A DNA stretch of 63,315 bases, filler included, from Octopus bimaculoides (GCF_001194135.2; 7 parts of 6 records of this genome joined end to end with filler, not necessarily neighbours in it), one strand, 5' to 3'. Shown: positions 48,614-62,905, numbered from the whole stretch's first letter. Numbers and translations: made by a program. The notes: generated by a model from the sequence alone, not told the origin.

Positions 48614-49343
48614 ATATGTATGTATATGTATATAGACGTAAATCTATACAACTATAACTCACGCATACACACCCACACCCACACACACATATATATTTAT
48701 ATATACATGCGTGTTTGTGTATATATATATATATATATATACAGACTTTCTGTGTAGAGAATCCCTTTTGGTGCATTATCCTCCTCATTCGCCATTTCTT
48801 TATCTTTCCTTTCATTATATTTTCCTCTTTCATTTACTCTTTCTTCTGAGTTGATTCTGTCTGTCTTTGTCTTTCTCTCTGTGTGTCTCTTCGACATTTA
48901 TCATGTATATATATGCACATGTATTCGTGTATATATATATATATATACTTCTTTGCCCCTCCTGTACGTGCTTCACAGAGTTCGAGACATACACACTTCA
49001 CGTCTGGCTGTACAGCCTTTTTGTTTGTTTATTTCACGGTTTCGTTTTCCTGTCTTGTTTTCCGTCCGCCACTACCCTACACGAAAACAATTTAATTTAT
49101 GTTCGTGGGAAGAACCATTTTAACGATGCGTACTGCCTTAATTCTTCGAAACGCCGGAGTTTTAATGGTGGCAGCTGACGAAGGGGATATTCCTATGTGG
49201 CCTGCTTGTTTGTTGCACCATGTTTACCATTTTGTCCTTGTTCTTTTGCCACGTCATGTACCCAGTTATGTATCTATATGTACATGTGGATGAACGTATA
49301 TACATACATGTACACATATATATGCATATACTCATATATTGTT

Positions 49344-49379
<36 letters not shown>

Positions 49380-50326
49380 TATATCCGCTCCACCTTTCTA
49401 CCTTTCTCAAAACATCGTCGTTTCTATCCCTTTCTATTTTTCATCTGTCTCCCATTTCTCTCTCGTTTTCATGTTTCTCATATAACAGATTTCTTTCCTC
49501 TTTTCCTTTTTCTTCACCATCTTCATCACACACAACCCCATCTCTTTCTCTCTCTCTCTCGGTGACTATCTCCAGTCCTTTCCTGCCACTCTCTCTATCT
49601 CTGTCAATGAAACTTTCAACGTTTTGCATCCATCACCCTACCCTGTTTCCTTTCTCGTATTCTTGTCAATAAAACACCGAAACGTATCGCTTCCATTTTG
49701 ATTTTGAGAAAATAGTTAAAAAACAAATATAAACAGAAAATAGTAAAAAAAATACATATAAATATAAATAAAAAATAGAATAAAATAAAGCAAATCAAAA
49801 CAAAATAGTATATAAAAGACATGGCGGCGGCCTGTGTTAATTAAATCACTACAGCAGACGACCGATATGTTGTTATGTTTATTTAAGGTAAAAGCAGAAA
49901 GTCGAACAAGAATTTTTCTCAATGGAGACGTCTGCTTTGATTAGGAAACCGTCGACGTCACACAAGCAGCCTACAGCAGCTTTTGCCAACCTTTTCAATA
50001 ATAATATTAATCAGTTACCCAGCCGCTTCTTATGTCTCTTTTACATGGTTACAATCTGTAAAGCGTTGATGTTATTAAGTCGGGTTTCAGGACTTCGCCT
50101 TACAAACCATTCTTCTACACAGACACACAAACACATATTTTCCCTCCCTGTCTTTTCTTTCTCTTTCTTCGGCTCTCTCTGTTTCTTCCTCTCTTTCTCT
50201 GCCACACATATTACACACGGTTGCATATTTCATTCCCTGTCATCAGTAATGTCTTATTTATATCATTTATTTTAGACTTTATTCGTTTCAACCACTTTTT
50301 CTTGACGTATACACAAACACCTCAAT

Positions 50327-50357
<31 letters not shown>

Positions 50358-51231
50358 CACACACANNNNNNNNNNNNNNNNNNNNNNNNNNNNNNNNNNN
50401 NNNNNNNNNNNNNNNNNNNNNNNNNNNNNNNNNNNNNNNNNNNNNNNNNNNNNNNNNNNNNNNNNNNNNNNNNNNNNNNNNNNNNNNNNNNNNNNNNNNN
50501 NNNNNNNNNNNNNNNNNNNNNNNNNNNNNNNNNNNNNNNNNNNNNNNNNNNNNNNNNNNNNNNNNNNNNNNNNNNNNNNNNNNNNNNNNNNNNNNNNNNN
50601 NNNNNNNNNNNNNNNNNNNNNNNNNNNNNNNNNNNNNNNNNNNNNATATATATATATATATATAAACACTTGCATATATATAGAAAAACATCTGATATAC
50701 ATATACGTTCATATACATATGACACCCACGCACTGCACTCGCGTAATCTTTAGAAAAATGTCAAGCGTTTCCTGGTGTTAACTCGTCGGAAAACTGAGGA
50801 CGAAAAAAATAATTTTTCATACAATGAGGTTCTAATTTTAATGCAGAAATATAGAGGCTCGTACGTGGCTGTGTTGTGAGAAGTTTGCTCCCGAAACACA
50901 TGATTCTGCGTTCTGTCCCACGTAATGTAATAGATGTATACAATAAGTGCTCAGGTTTGTTTATGACAAAAACTCTATCTTGAACTGCGATTGAAACAAA
51001 AGTGGTGTTGTAGCAGCATAGCAATAAATGGCTATAAGTGTTTCATCATTGAGCGAGTAGATAAGTATAAGAAAGAATGAAAGAAAGAAAGAAAGAATGA
51101 ACAGGCAAAACGTGGTAACATTTTAGAGCTTGCAATTTATAATTCAAACATAATTTTAGAGGTGTTAGAGTGAATGTGCACAAAGTTGTTTCTAAAATAG
51201 CTGTGTATGAAGCGAATATCTCATTTATTAA

Positions 51232-51513
51232 CCCATTCATTACCTACCAGTGATCTCATATGAGATCACTTAAAAATTACAAATTTCGTAATTCTCTGTC
51301 AATATTTACACATATCTAACCTTCTTGCTATATCTACTAGGTATATTTCTCTGATATTCAAATGAGGTTTGCTAATTTTTCACCCAATATCTCGCTTATT
51401 TCTATTTAAAATGTTATTTTGATCATTCCAGCGTGTTTCTAAGGCTGTTTTATGCTAGAAATCAAAGTTTCATTAAAAAAATTCAAGTTAATAGAATTAT
51501 GGGAGGTAATGGG
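51232..51513. mobile_element. piggyBac-type MITE with TTAA TSD
   Basis: TTAA|CCCATTCATTACC...GGTAATGGG|TTAA, 282 bp. Confidence 0.75.
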
Positions 51514-52412
51514 TTAAGGATAGTCCTTAATTCTTCAACAATGGAACAGGTAACTGCTAATATCCTTTATTAGAAATATTCCTTAATTACTCCAATCTGA
51601 AGGCGGAATAGTTGGCTTTTATATGGAAATCTTGTCTCAATGTAATATGCACGTATGCACTATATGCACGGCTATTGTAGAAATAAATTACAAACTCTAA
51701 AGTAATACATGTCTAGCTTGCTCCTTTTCTCTTAATATATACTCGCATGCATGCATGCATACATACACACACATAAATATATGTATATATTCATATCTAT
51801 TATTTTAAAAGAATATTATTGACAATGACCTCAAAGTTTCGGCCAGCTAAGCCGTCGTAAGACTGTACCCAAAGCTACGTGATAACAAAAGGAGGTTCTT
51901 AACCAGAACAACCATTCCTAGATTTCCGTTTTTTAAATCCCATCCAAGCTTCCATTTTGATGGAGTACTTGTTTACACATCAACACACTTTCAGGGGTTC
52001 TTTTTGATATTAAGGAATAAATACCCTAAAATAAATACCACACACGCCTCTATCCCTCCCCCTCTCTTTCCCCCTCTCACCTTGATTTACGTTCTTGCCT
52101 TTCAACATCTATCAACTTCTTGTGTAATTATTTCATAGCTGTTTACCTTATTTAGATTGTTCTGTCATTTAGTTAATCCTAATCTCTAATAATAACAAAT
52201 CTTTAAAAAACAAATTTAACCCGTTTTTTTTTTGTTTTTGTTTTATATTTCGTTACTTTCAATAAATCATGGATTAACTAAACTAAGTTTCTTTTTTAAA
52301 GTATGAAGTGTATCTCTCACTAATTTTATCTAAACGCAATCGTTCGTTTGACTATTATGAGGATTAGTCCAAATAAATCTTTAAATCCTTCAGTTAATAT
52401 TGGCTTTATCCT

Positions 52413-52895
52413 AAGGCGCCGAGCCGGCAGAAACGTTAGCACGCTGGGCGAAATGCTTAGCAGTATTTCGTCTGTCTTTACGTTCTGAGTTCAAATTCCG
52501 TCGAGGTCGACCTTGCGTTTCATCCTTCCCGGGTCGATTATTTAAGGACTAGTTACGCACTGGAGTCGATATAATCGACTTAATCCGTTTGTCTGTCCTT
52601 GTTTGTCCCCTCTGTGCGTGGCCCCTTGTGGGCAATAANNNNNNNNNNTCCTTGTTTGTCCCCTCTGTGCGTGGCCCCTTGTGGGCAATAAAGAAATAAG
52701 AAATGTTAGCACGCCGGGCGAAATGCTTAGCGGTATTTCCTCCGTCTTTACATTCTGAGTTCAAATTTCTGCCTAGGCGACTATCCCTTTCATCTTTCCG
52801 GGGTCAATTAAGTGAGTACCACTTGAACACTGGGTCAATGTAATCGGATATAGCCTCCGCAAGAAAAATGAAAAAAATTGTGCCTATAGTGAAAA
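52413..52895 (+). mobile_element. Dimeric SINE family A variant
   Basis: Two successive bodies (GTTAGCACGC.GGGCGAAATGCTTAGC...) joined by a GTTTGTCCCCTCTGTG...GGCAATAAAG segment. Confidence 0.85.
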
Positions 52896-54162
52896 GGAAT
52901 ATTAATACCGAATGGCAATCATTATATCCAGCTCAATGTGGATGTATTCTAAGAGCGCCTGGAGCAAGTGTGTGCTCTTAGCACCGTGGGTTTAGCTCTG
53001 TTGCCTTTTATCAGATCACATTGAAGGTAGTCCCAGAACTTGGTTCTTCGTGTAGCAGGCATTCTTGATTTCTCTCATCTTCCATACGAATGCGATGGTT
53101 CGTCTGTCTGCAATGTGGCAAGGGAACTCCTGTGCTTACAATATTCACAAAACTCCATAAGCCTCGATAACAACGTACACACACACACTCTGTCTCTCTC
53201 TGTCTCTCTCTGTCTCTCCCTCTCTACTGTCTCTGTCTCTGTCTCTCTATCTCTCTCTTTCTCCCCCCTCTCTCTCTCTCACACACTAACACATACTCTC
53301 CATGATGACAGCAGTTGTTGAACCGAGAAATCGTTTGATCCAGGATTATAACATAGGCGACAACTTGCCTTAAGAACGTGAGCACCAACAGGCGAAACTC
53401 GGAGTAGTAAGAGACGTTGACATGACCAAAATTAAGATACACACACACATACATATGTGCGTGTGTATATATACATACATACCTGCATACGATATATATA
53501 TATATATATATATATANNNNNNNNNNNNNNNNNNNNNNNNNNNNNNNNNNNNNNNNNNNNNNNNNNNNNNNNNNNNNNNNNNNNNNNNNNNNNNNNNNNN
53601 NNNNNNNNNNNNNNNNNNNNNNNNNNNNNNNNNNNNNNNNNNNNNNNNNNNNNNNNNNNNNNNNNNNNNNNNNNNNNNNNNNNNNNNNNNNNNNNNNNNN
53701 NNNNNNNNNNNNNNNNNNNNNNNNNNNNNNNNNNNNNNNNNNNNNNNNNNNNNNNNNNNNNNNNNNNNNNNNNNNNNNNNNNNNNNNNNNNNNNNNNNNN
53801 NNNNNNNNNNNNNNNNNNNNNNNNNNNNNNNNNNNNNNNNNNNNNNNNNNNNNNNNNNNNNNNNNNNNNNNNNNNNNNNNNNNNNNNNNNNNNNNNNNNN
53901 NNNNNNNNNNNNNNNNNNNNNNNNNNNNNNNNNNNNNNNNNNNNNNNNNNNNNNNNNNNNNNNNNNNNNNNNNNNNNNNNNNNNNNNNNNNNNNNNNNNN
54001 NNNNNNNNNNNNNNNNNNNNNNNNNNNNNNNNNNNNNNNNNNNNNNNNNNNNNNNNNNNNNNNNNNNNNNNNNNNNNNNNNNNNNNNNNNNNNNNNNNNN
54101 NNNNNNNNNNNNNNNNNNNNNNNNNNNNNNNNNNNNNNATATATGTATGTATATATACACAT

Positions 54163-54197
<35 letters not shown>

Positions 54198-54640
54198 GTT
54201 TTGTGCAAATGCATACATGTTTACCTGCATGCAGATATATGTATGTGCATATATATATATATACGCGTATGTGTACATACACACATACATGCACACATGT
54301 GTATGTGAATACGCAATTGATTTCCAATAATTGCACGTCAATGGATGATGCAATGAACGAGAGATGCAAAAAGAAAAAAAAATATATAACAAATAAAACA
54401 AAATAAAGTAAAATAAAATGTACACATTTACACCTCCTGATCCTGATATCGCCGCCATTGTTGTTGCAGTTGTTGCTGTTATTATAAGTGCCATGTTATA
54501 TGTTTAGACACAGGTTTCAAGCCCTAAAACCCATTTTCTCTTTATCTCTCTCTCTGTCTTTCAGTCTTTACCTCTCTGTCTTTCAGTCTCTATCTCTCTG
54601 TCTTTCAGTCTCTATCACTCTGTCTTTCTCTGTCTCTCTG

Positions 54641-54711
<71 letters not shown>

Positions 54712-55184
54712 GGAACGCAATATTACAAGATAATTATTCAGGCTCAATAGAATCTATATTATCTGCTTGTCTGAATGAACATAATAGAGGAGATGTTTCC
54801 TATCAACACCCCATCCATCTTATGTAAATCTCTCCGGACGCCGCAAGCGGTTGTCAGAGTTTTTTCTCAAGCCAACCAGATCGTTTATCGACAGGAAGTT
54901 GAAATCAGTCATGCGCAACGGCAGAAAAACTCAGTGAAGCAGCAGGTGTTTAAAACTAAGAAAACCTGCATTTGTTGCTTAAATACTGTGATGTTAAACT
55001 GAATGAACGGCTGGTTTCTGTCGAAGCTTCTCTCCACATAAACACTGTGCGGCAGATATACATATGAATATATATATATATATANNNNNNNNNNNNNNNN
55101 NNNNNNNNNNNNNNNNNNNNNNNNNNNNTTAATTAATTAANNNNNNNNNNNNNNNNNNNNNNNNNNNNNNNNNNNNNNNNNNNN

Positions 55185-55242
<58 letters not shown>

Positions 55243-58103
55243 GAAAGTATCATTTATCAATTCAGACAACCCCCAACAACTGATGGCTGTAGTGGATGTA
55301 CCGGCTGACTTGTTTACTTCAAAATTCATTGAAGATGGTCGTGTCTTGAATGAGATCGAACAAAGCAATGTCCCTGACATTTGGAGACTGAATAGCAAGA
55401 TGAGTCCAGCATCACTACACACACTTCCATCCCCGAATAACCACCATCCCTCCCTTCCTTTCCATCAACTTCTCCTTCTCCCCACCAAATACTCACAGAA
55501 ATATCTCATAATTCATTCAACCTTCACACTGGTCAAAAGGGATAAACAGCCCTCTTTTAAACATCCATTAATGCTATATCGCCTGAAGAAATGAATCCAT
55601 GAATATGATCAAAGAAAGCCTACGGATAGTACGGACTACATTGTAACCATCATTTCGAAGGATGTGGTTAAAAAAAAAAATTGGGAAAATCCCCGAAAAA
55701 GTTTTTCCTACAAATTTCTTTACAATTGTAATATATGCCGTTTGAAAGGGTTTTGTATAAATTCTCATTAAAAGATACCCGTTTTCCTGAAAGTTATGAG
55801 GGAATAAATTCAGATTGTGTGAATTTTCCACCACGTCGGAAAAAATTCTTTCCCATAAATCCCTATATACTATGAAGCCACAACATCTAAGTGGTATTCG
55901 TAGAAAATTTTGCTAAAAAGTATCCATTTTTCTGGATTTAGGAGTCAACAAACTCAGGGGCGTATACATCTGTAGTAATGCGCTTTTATTTATCCGATTT
56001 TTCTCATTTCATGTTTATTTCATTCATTGTTTGCAATGTTCTCTCTCCTTTTCTCTGTCTCTCACACACTGCAAAGTTTACAGATGGGCTCCTGAATTGC
56101 AATCGCTTATGTTGTTTTGAGGGATAGGTAAAACTTGACAAATTGCTTCTCACTCCGTTGTTGGACTACCGTGATGTTTGCTTTAAAGAGAGAGATTACG
56201 ACTGTGACAAAATAATGAAAGCAATATCTACTAAGCAAGTGAACACTATTATACAAAGAAATAATTAGACCTAAAATATAAAAATTATTAGAATTTGATT
56301 TGATTTGATTTGATTTAACAATCGTACAGCAAAAGCGCACCCCAGTGACCATCCGCAGTTCTCAAGCTAGCCAGAATGCAGAGACTATCGCTTGTATGCT
56401 GCGAGGCTGCGTATATTTTTATAAGGATTTAAGTAATCGTACCCTTCACCAAGGGACAGAAGAAAATATGAACGTACCTGATCTTAACAACTGATTCAGA
56501 TGCGTATGATCTATGCAGGAAAAGGCAGAAATGATCAAGAAACTACGTGATGCTGAGAGCTTTACTGCTGCGAGCCACGAGCTTGGGGTCAATGACTTTA
56601 CCATATGTTCCGTTTATAAAGAGCATGAAGATGACTCATTTATCACTGATTCACATATCACGGTGGGGTTTTACTATTAATTATTTTTTAACCAAACACC
56701 CTCGATAAATGAACGTGTATGTATTTGTCTATGAACAATGTCTGGTCCATTTGCAACGGAAGATTCCACTAAGCTATTATTTCAATACTTAAACAAACGT
56801 AATGGATGATGAAAATTTGCAGCAGAGCAACAAAACCGTAAACGTGAAAAAATACAAATTATACATTTATATTTATTTATTCATTCATTTATTTATTTAC
56901 TGTTTTTGTTTTTGTTTTTTGTTGTTTTTTTTGTTATTTCCTACTGATAATCACTTTTATCGTCCATGCTGCAACGATATATTGTACATCAAAATGTATT
57001 TGTCTAATAAAATAAACTAACATTGATATCTCTGCATAGCCTCACACCTGTAGTCGTTAATCCGACATCGAGATGCCAACGGACAAAAAAAATATTATTC
57101 CAAACTCACCAATTACCCGAAAAATTACAAATTCAATTCTTATCTGTTTACTGCCACGTCATTTTGTCAAAAAAAGATAAAAACTAATGGCGCTGTAAAT
57201 CGCTTATCAACATCGTACGGCTCTACGTTCGTTTGTTTGTTTGTTTGGAGCAATAAATAAATACGGCAACTGTTGTTATTTAGCTTATGTCGCTATATTG
57301 CTGTTTCTTACTGAACACGTAATAGTATATGTGTCTACGTGTATACACATTATGTTTGTACGGGTGTCAGTATAATTACATATATATGTATATATATATA
57401 TATATATATNNNNNNNNNNNNNNNNNNNNNNNNNNNNNNNNNNNNNNNNNNNNNNNNNNNNNNNNNNNNNNNNNNNNNNNNNNNNNNNNNNNNNNNNNNN
57501 NNNNNNNNNNNNNNNNNNNNNNNNNNNNNNNNNNNNNNNNNNNNNNNNNNNNNNNNNNNNNNNNNNNNNNNNNNNNNNNNNNNNNNNNNNNNNNNNNNNN
57601 NNNNNNNNNNNNNNNNNNNNNNNNNNNNNNNNNNNNNNNNNNNNNNNNNNNNNNNNNNNNNNNNNNNNNNNNNNNNNNNNNNNNNNNNNNNNNNNNNNNN
57701 NNNNNNNNNNNNNNNNNNNNNNNNNNNNNNNNNNNNNNNNNNNNNNNNNNNNNNNNNNNNNNNNNNNNNNNNNNNNNNNNNNNNNNNNNNNNNNNNNNNN
57801 NNNNNNNNNNNNNNNNNNNNNNNNNNNNNNNNNNNNNNNNNNNNNNNNNNNNNNNNNNNNNNNNNNNNNNNNNNNNNNNNNNNNNNNNNNNNNNNNNNNN
57901 NNNNNNNNNNNNNNNNNNNNNNNNNNNNNNNNNNNNNNNNNNNNNNNNNNNNNNNNNNNNNNNNNNNNNNNNNNNNNNNNNNNNNNNNNNNNNNNNNNNN
58001 NNNNNNNNNNNNNNNNNNNNNNNNNNNNNNNNNNNNNNNNNNNNNNNNNNNNNNNNNNNNNNNNNNNNNNNNNNNNNNNNNNNNNNNNNNNNNNNNNNNN
58101 NNN

Positions 58104-58475
58104 TCCGGGTTCAGTCCCACTGCATGGCACATTGGGCAAGTGTCTTCTAAAATTATCGCGGGCCGACCAAAGCCTTGTTAGTATATTTGGTAGACGGAAA
58201 CTAAAAAAAGCTTCAATTTCCAATGTATTTTTTCTGAAAAATATCATGTGTGTGTGTATTTTACCTTTAGCATTTGTCAATCATTCGGCTGCGGCCATTC
58301 TGGGGTGCTGCCTTGAGGAGTTTTTTGTCGAATGCGTCGACCCCAGTACTTAGTTACATTTCAAATCTGGTACTTATTCTATCAGTTCTTTTACCAAACC
58401 GCTAAGTTACTGGAAGTAAACACACCACCAACACCAGTCGTCAAGCAGTTGTGGAGGACAAATACAGACGCAAAG
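58104..58475 (+). mobile_element. SINE family Y (58104-58215) followed by SINE-like family X (58265-58475)
   Basis: CCGGGTTCAGTCCCACTGC.TGGCAC.TTGGGCAAGTGTCTTCTA; CATTCGGCTGCGGCCATTCTGGGG. Confidence 0.75.
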
Positions 58476-59339
58476 ACGCACACACACATACACACATACA
58501 TACATTCATACATATGCACAGATACACATAGATACAAATGCACATATACACATACGCAGACATACATATACACGCACACATACATACATATACACACACA
58601 CATATATATCTATATATATATATATATATATNNNNNNNNNNNNNNNNNNNNNNNNNNNNNNNNNNNNNNNNNNNNNNNNNNNNNNNNNNNNNNNNNNNNN
58701 NNNNNNNNNNNNNNNNNNNNNNNNNNNNNNNNNNNNNNNNNNNNNNNNNNNNNNNNNNNNNNNNNNNNNNNNNNNNNNNNNNNNNNNNNNNNNNNNNNNN
58801 NNNNNNNNNNNNNNNNNNNNNNNNNNNNNNNNNNNNNNNNNNNNNNNNNNNNNNNNNNNNNNNNNNNNNNNNNNNNNNNNNNNNNNNNNNNNNNNNNNNN
58901 NNNNNNNNNNNNNNNNNNNNNNNNNNNNNNNNNNNNNNNNNNNNNNNNNNNNNNNNNNNNNNNNNNNNNNNNNNNNNNNNNNNNNNNNNNNNNNNNNNNN
59001 NNNNNNNNNNNNNNNNNNNNNNNNNNNNNNNNNNNNNNNNNNNNNNNNNNNNNNNNNNNNNNNNNNNNNNNNNNNNNNNNNNNNNNNNNNNNNNNNNNNN
59101 NNNNNNNNNNNNNNNNNNNNNNNNNNNNNNNNNNNNNNNNNNNNNNNNNNNNNNNNNNNNNNNNNNNNNNNNNNNNNNNNNNNNNNNNNNNNNNNNNNNN
59201 NNNNNNNNNNNNNNNNNNNNNNNNNNNNNNNNNNNNNNNNNNNNNNNNNNNNNNNNNNNNNNNNNNNNNNNNNCGCTAAGCATTTCGCAGGGCGTGCTAA
59301 CGTTTCTGCCAGCTCGCCGCCTTTACGTGTAAAATTAAT

Positions 59340-59960
59340 ATTACAATGCAACTTGGCATGGAAACGTTTAGAAACAAATCTTGAAATATTCTACACAATA
59401 TCTCTGAAAATGTAATCTTACTTCACAGAATTTTTGAATCACTGAAATTAGGTTTCTCGGGAGTTTTTATAATATGATGCAGATTAGAATGAAAGAATTT
59501 AGAAATAAAAAAGGAATCTTGAAAATTCCAGACACAATTTCCAAAAATATAAATCTTACGTTACAATATTTTCGGTCGACAGCATTTAGGATGTACAATA
59601 AACAAAAATGGAAGTTTCTATGGGAATTTGCAGGTACTTAATAATGTGGCACAATTTAGAATGAAAAAATGTAGAAAAAATATTGAAAAATTCTAGGCAA
59701 AAATCTCTGAAAAATGGCTTTTATATTCCAAGATTTACAATTTAGTTTTTATAGTAACGAAAAGGGAAGGTTCTATGGGAGACTGCGTGTAATTAATAAT
59801 ATGAGGCTGATCGGAATGAAAGAGTTTGGAAAAAGAATCGCGAAAAATTTCAGACAAAAAATAAATCTGACGTTACAATATTTTCGATCCTGTACGTTTA
59901 GGTTTAATGCTAACCAAAATTGGAAGTTTCCATGGGAACAAGATCTAAATTGCATGAAAC
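59340..59960. repeat. Diverged ~160-bp tandem repeat (about 4 units)
   Basis: GGAAG(T/G)TTC(T/C)ATGGGA at ~59610, 59765 and 59921; ATAAT...GAATGAAA at ~59469, 59641 and 59796. Confidence 0.7.
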
Positions 59961-60934
59961 CATCTAATGAGTCTGGGTGCATAAAAGTTAATTGAATTAA
60001 ATTTTACAAAGTTGCAGCAATTTACATAACTAAAACCAGACGCTTTTTCAAAAATACCATTTAAAAATCCCTTAACAGAATTTTTAAGAAAAAAAAAATT
60101 ATTCCATGATTATATAACATGTCACCCTACAAAACATGTTATTTAGGAGTAGAAAAGAAAAAAAATATGAGTAATTGATTATTTGACTGCGCAACACAGG
60201 AAAACCTGAAATACATCGTCTGTCAATTCTTGGAGATTTCTATCGATTTTTTTTTATTCTTTAGCTAAAGTTTTATTACCGCTTGTTGAATGATGTAATA
60301 GTGCCAACGTGTGATAGAGGAAGAAGGCGGGAGGGAAACCCCAGGAGAGCTGACACCTGCCGAATTTGCATTCAGTAATGACTGGCACCTAATAGAGTCA
60401 TGAAGAATATCAAGTATTATGAGTCTCTCCATTTTCTGTGCCAAATTCTTTCTGCATTTATTTTTCATGATGTATGATCGAAGAATGGAATTTTTAAAAC
60501 ACGGCTAAGTTGTGCAAGTTTGACGTGAAGTAGCTGCAGATAAGCGTGGTAACATTGATAAATTAACAAATGAGGTTCTTGCAAAATAAGGTGAACACAA
60601 ACGCACACACATACATACGCGCATGTACATATATATAGAGATACTAAAAGAGAAAGACACATGTGTAAATATATATATATATAAAAAGATACATACATAC
60701 ATGCACACACACACACACATGTAAATATATATCGGGTAGCATAGAGATTCTTTAATGGCTGCGGACATTCCAATAAAATATAAAGCGTAACATTTACATT
60801 TCCCTGAGCAATTATTAAATTCTACGGACGCATATACCTATCTTGAAACTTTAATAAATGTATGTATGCATGTTTGTGCATGTATATTCATACACACACA
60901 TATATATATATTCACACACACACACGCAAACACA

Positions 60935-60996
<62 letters not shown>

Positions 60997-62154
60997 CATA
61001 GTATTGCTTATGGGAACTTTAATGTGAGGCTCTCCTCATTGGTGGGTATTCGTTGCTAGGCATGGCAGCTGTTTGACCTCGCTTGCAATATATAGAAAAC
61101 ACAGTGTCATACACTCACTCATTTTGAAACTAGGAAACTAGTCAGTTAGAAAATCTCTGTTCGAGATAGAAGCAGTATACAAACCAAAAAGTATTGTTTA
61201 TGGCCATGTTAATGTAGCTATCTTCTAAGAGATGACGATATTACCATTTTAACACCAGGAAGACATCTCCGCCAGCAGTTTTATTCAATGCCCTTCTCGC
61301 ACCCGATAGTTATTGCAAGCGGAAGGTAACTCCTGACGCCCTAGCTCCAAGACCACCAGATCCCGTGATTTCGATCTGTATTAGATCTCTTCGGTGGCGG
61401 GTACTCGTTGGCAGGCATGGCAGTAGTTTGATCTCGCTTGCAATATATAGAAAACACAGAGTCATACCATCACTGATTTTATAAGTAGGAAACTTGTGTG
61501 TTTATGTGCATATATGCGTGTGTGTAAGAGTGCATACAATGCTAAATTTGGCGATTTCTACGTCTCCTTTTTCTTAGTGAAAATTCAACGGTCTTGTGGA
61601 AAAGAACGATTAAAGTTGTAGGTGAGAAACATTTTGCTGACATGCTAGGAGAGGAAACCATCTTAATACTGGAAACGATTTATCTGTATCATGATGATTC
61701 ACACTGGGTGTCAAAATACCGATACCATGACTGCTGCTCAATTCTCAGTGAACACTGCAAAAGCTGTAAGACGTGAAGTCAGAACATTTTTTTCTCTCTT
61801 TGTTTCTTCCATTCTCTCTCCATTATTTTTTCCCTCTTAATCCTTTCCTTCGAAGAACGCAAGCTCAAAGCGTAAAAGTAAAAGGCTTTTCCATTTCTCT
61901 CCAACGCTAAACTAAGGCATCTGCTTCTTGTTCCTACACCTGTCTTCGTCTCTTGCTTTCTGTAAATTTGAACTATATATATATATATATATATATATNN
62001 NNNNNNNNNNNNNNNNNNNNNNNNNNNNNNNNNNNNNNNNNNTTAATTAATTAANNNNNNNNNNNNNNNNNNNNNNNNNNNNNNNNNNNNNNNNNNNNTT
62101 CATAAGTGTCAAAATGTGTATTGTACAATACAACTAAGATCATAATTTTTTTCC

Positions 62155-62417
62155 GAACGCAGAAACGTTACAACAATAAATATTGGGTAAATTACCCTTG
62201 CAAAGCGGAAAAGTTTGTCAACAACCAACCATGGGAATCGAACCCAGCTTTATAGTGTCTAAATTTGCAGATAAATGTTGTCAGCAGGCAGTTTAGCTTA
62301 ATGGTAGTATTTGAGGGATGTGGTTTCGATTCTCATGGCTGGCTGTTGACAAATTCTTTCGCTTTGTTAGGGTAATTTACACAATATTTCTGCTGTTCTA
62401 ACGGCGTTTCTGCATTC
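62155..62417. mobile_element. Two tRNA-derived SINE copies in divergent inverted orientation
   Basis: + copy head TAGCTTAATGGTAG...GGTTTCGATTCTCATGG; - copy GGGTTCGATTCCCATGG; ~90-bp complementary bodies. Confidence 0.7.
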
Positions 62418-62634
62418 AAAAAACCCCCTCCAAAATTATCATCTTATTTGTATTGTATATAAATATGTTTGTATATTCTAGTTTTGTTATCTGATTTTTT
62501 GATACATTTAACCAAGTTCGCTTAATATTGAGTGTTTATAGATTTCCGTCTGGATTTATTAATCCCTTTTACTTCCTATTATATACTCTTTTATTCTCTC
62601 CATTTACAAGTGCTTACGGCAGATTATTTTTAAA

Positions 62635-62905
62635 ATGGAGAAAGTATCTATGGACACATCTTTAAAGGGCATCACTAATCTATGTTTATGGCTTAATTCC
62701 TTGGAAGTAATTGATTGGTTCATTAATATTAAGGATAAAAAATATGCTAAATTCATTCAGTTGGGTATATTAAATTATTACTCAGCTATCAACTTTATAC
62801 CACTTAATAAAGCTTAAATTTTCGCTATGAAGAACGTGAAGCTGATATAATACTAACGGCTAGGAAATTATAATTACTTTTCGTATGATATAATATGCAT
62901 AAATT
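62635..62905 (+). mobile_element. Decayed Penelope-like RT fragment
   Basis: LWLNSLEVIDWFINIKDKKYAKFIQLGILNYYSAI and EADIILTARK resemble PLE QWKNS.EVI.WF..I.DK...FIQFDI..FYPSI and IIM.ARKSLLF. Confidence 0.6.

Noticed and set aside
53295-53415. AUGAUGA ... GC-GAAAC-UCGGA-GUA
   Set aside because: The 3' half looks hammerhead-like, but C3 and G10.1 are lost and stems I and II pair poorly. Too degenerate to call.
55240-55594. Overlapping ORFs on both strands, and the exon-like frame at 60257-60373
   Set aside because: No recognisable domain and no consistent splice or start signals; unresolved without BLASTX or RNA-seq.
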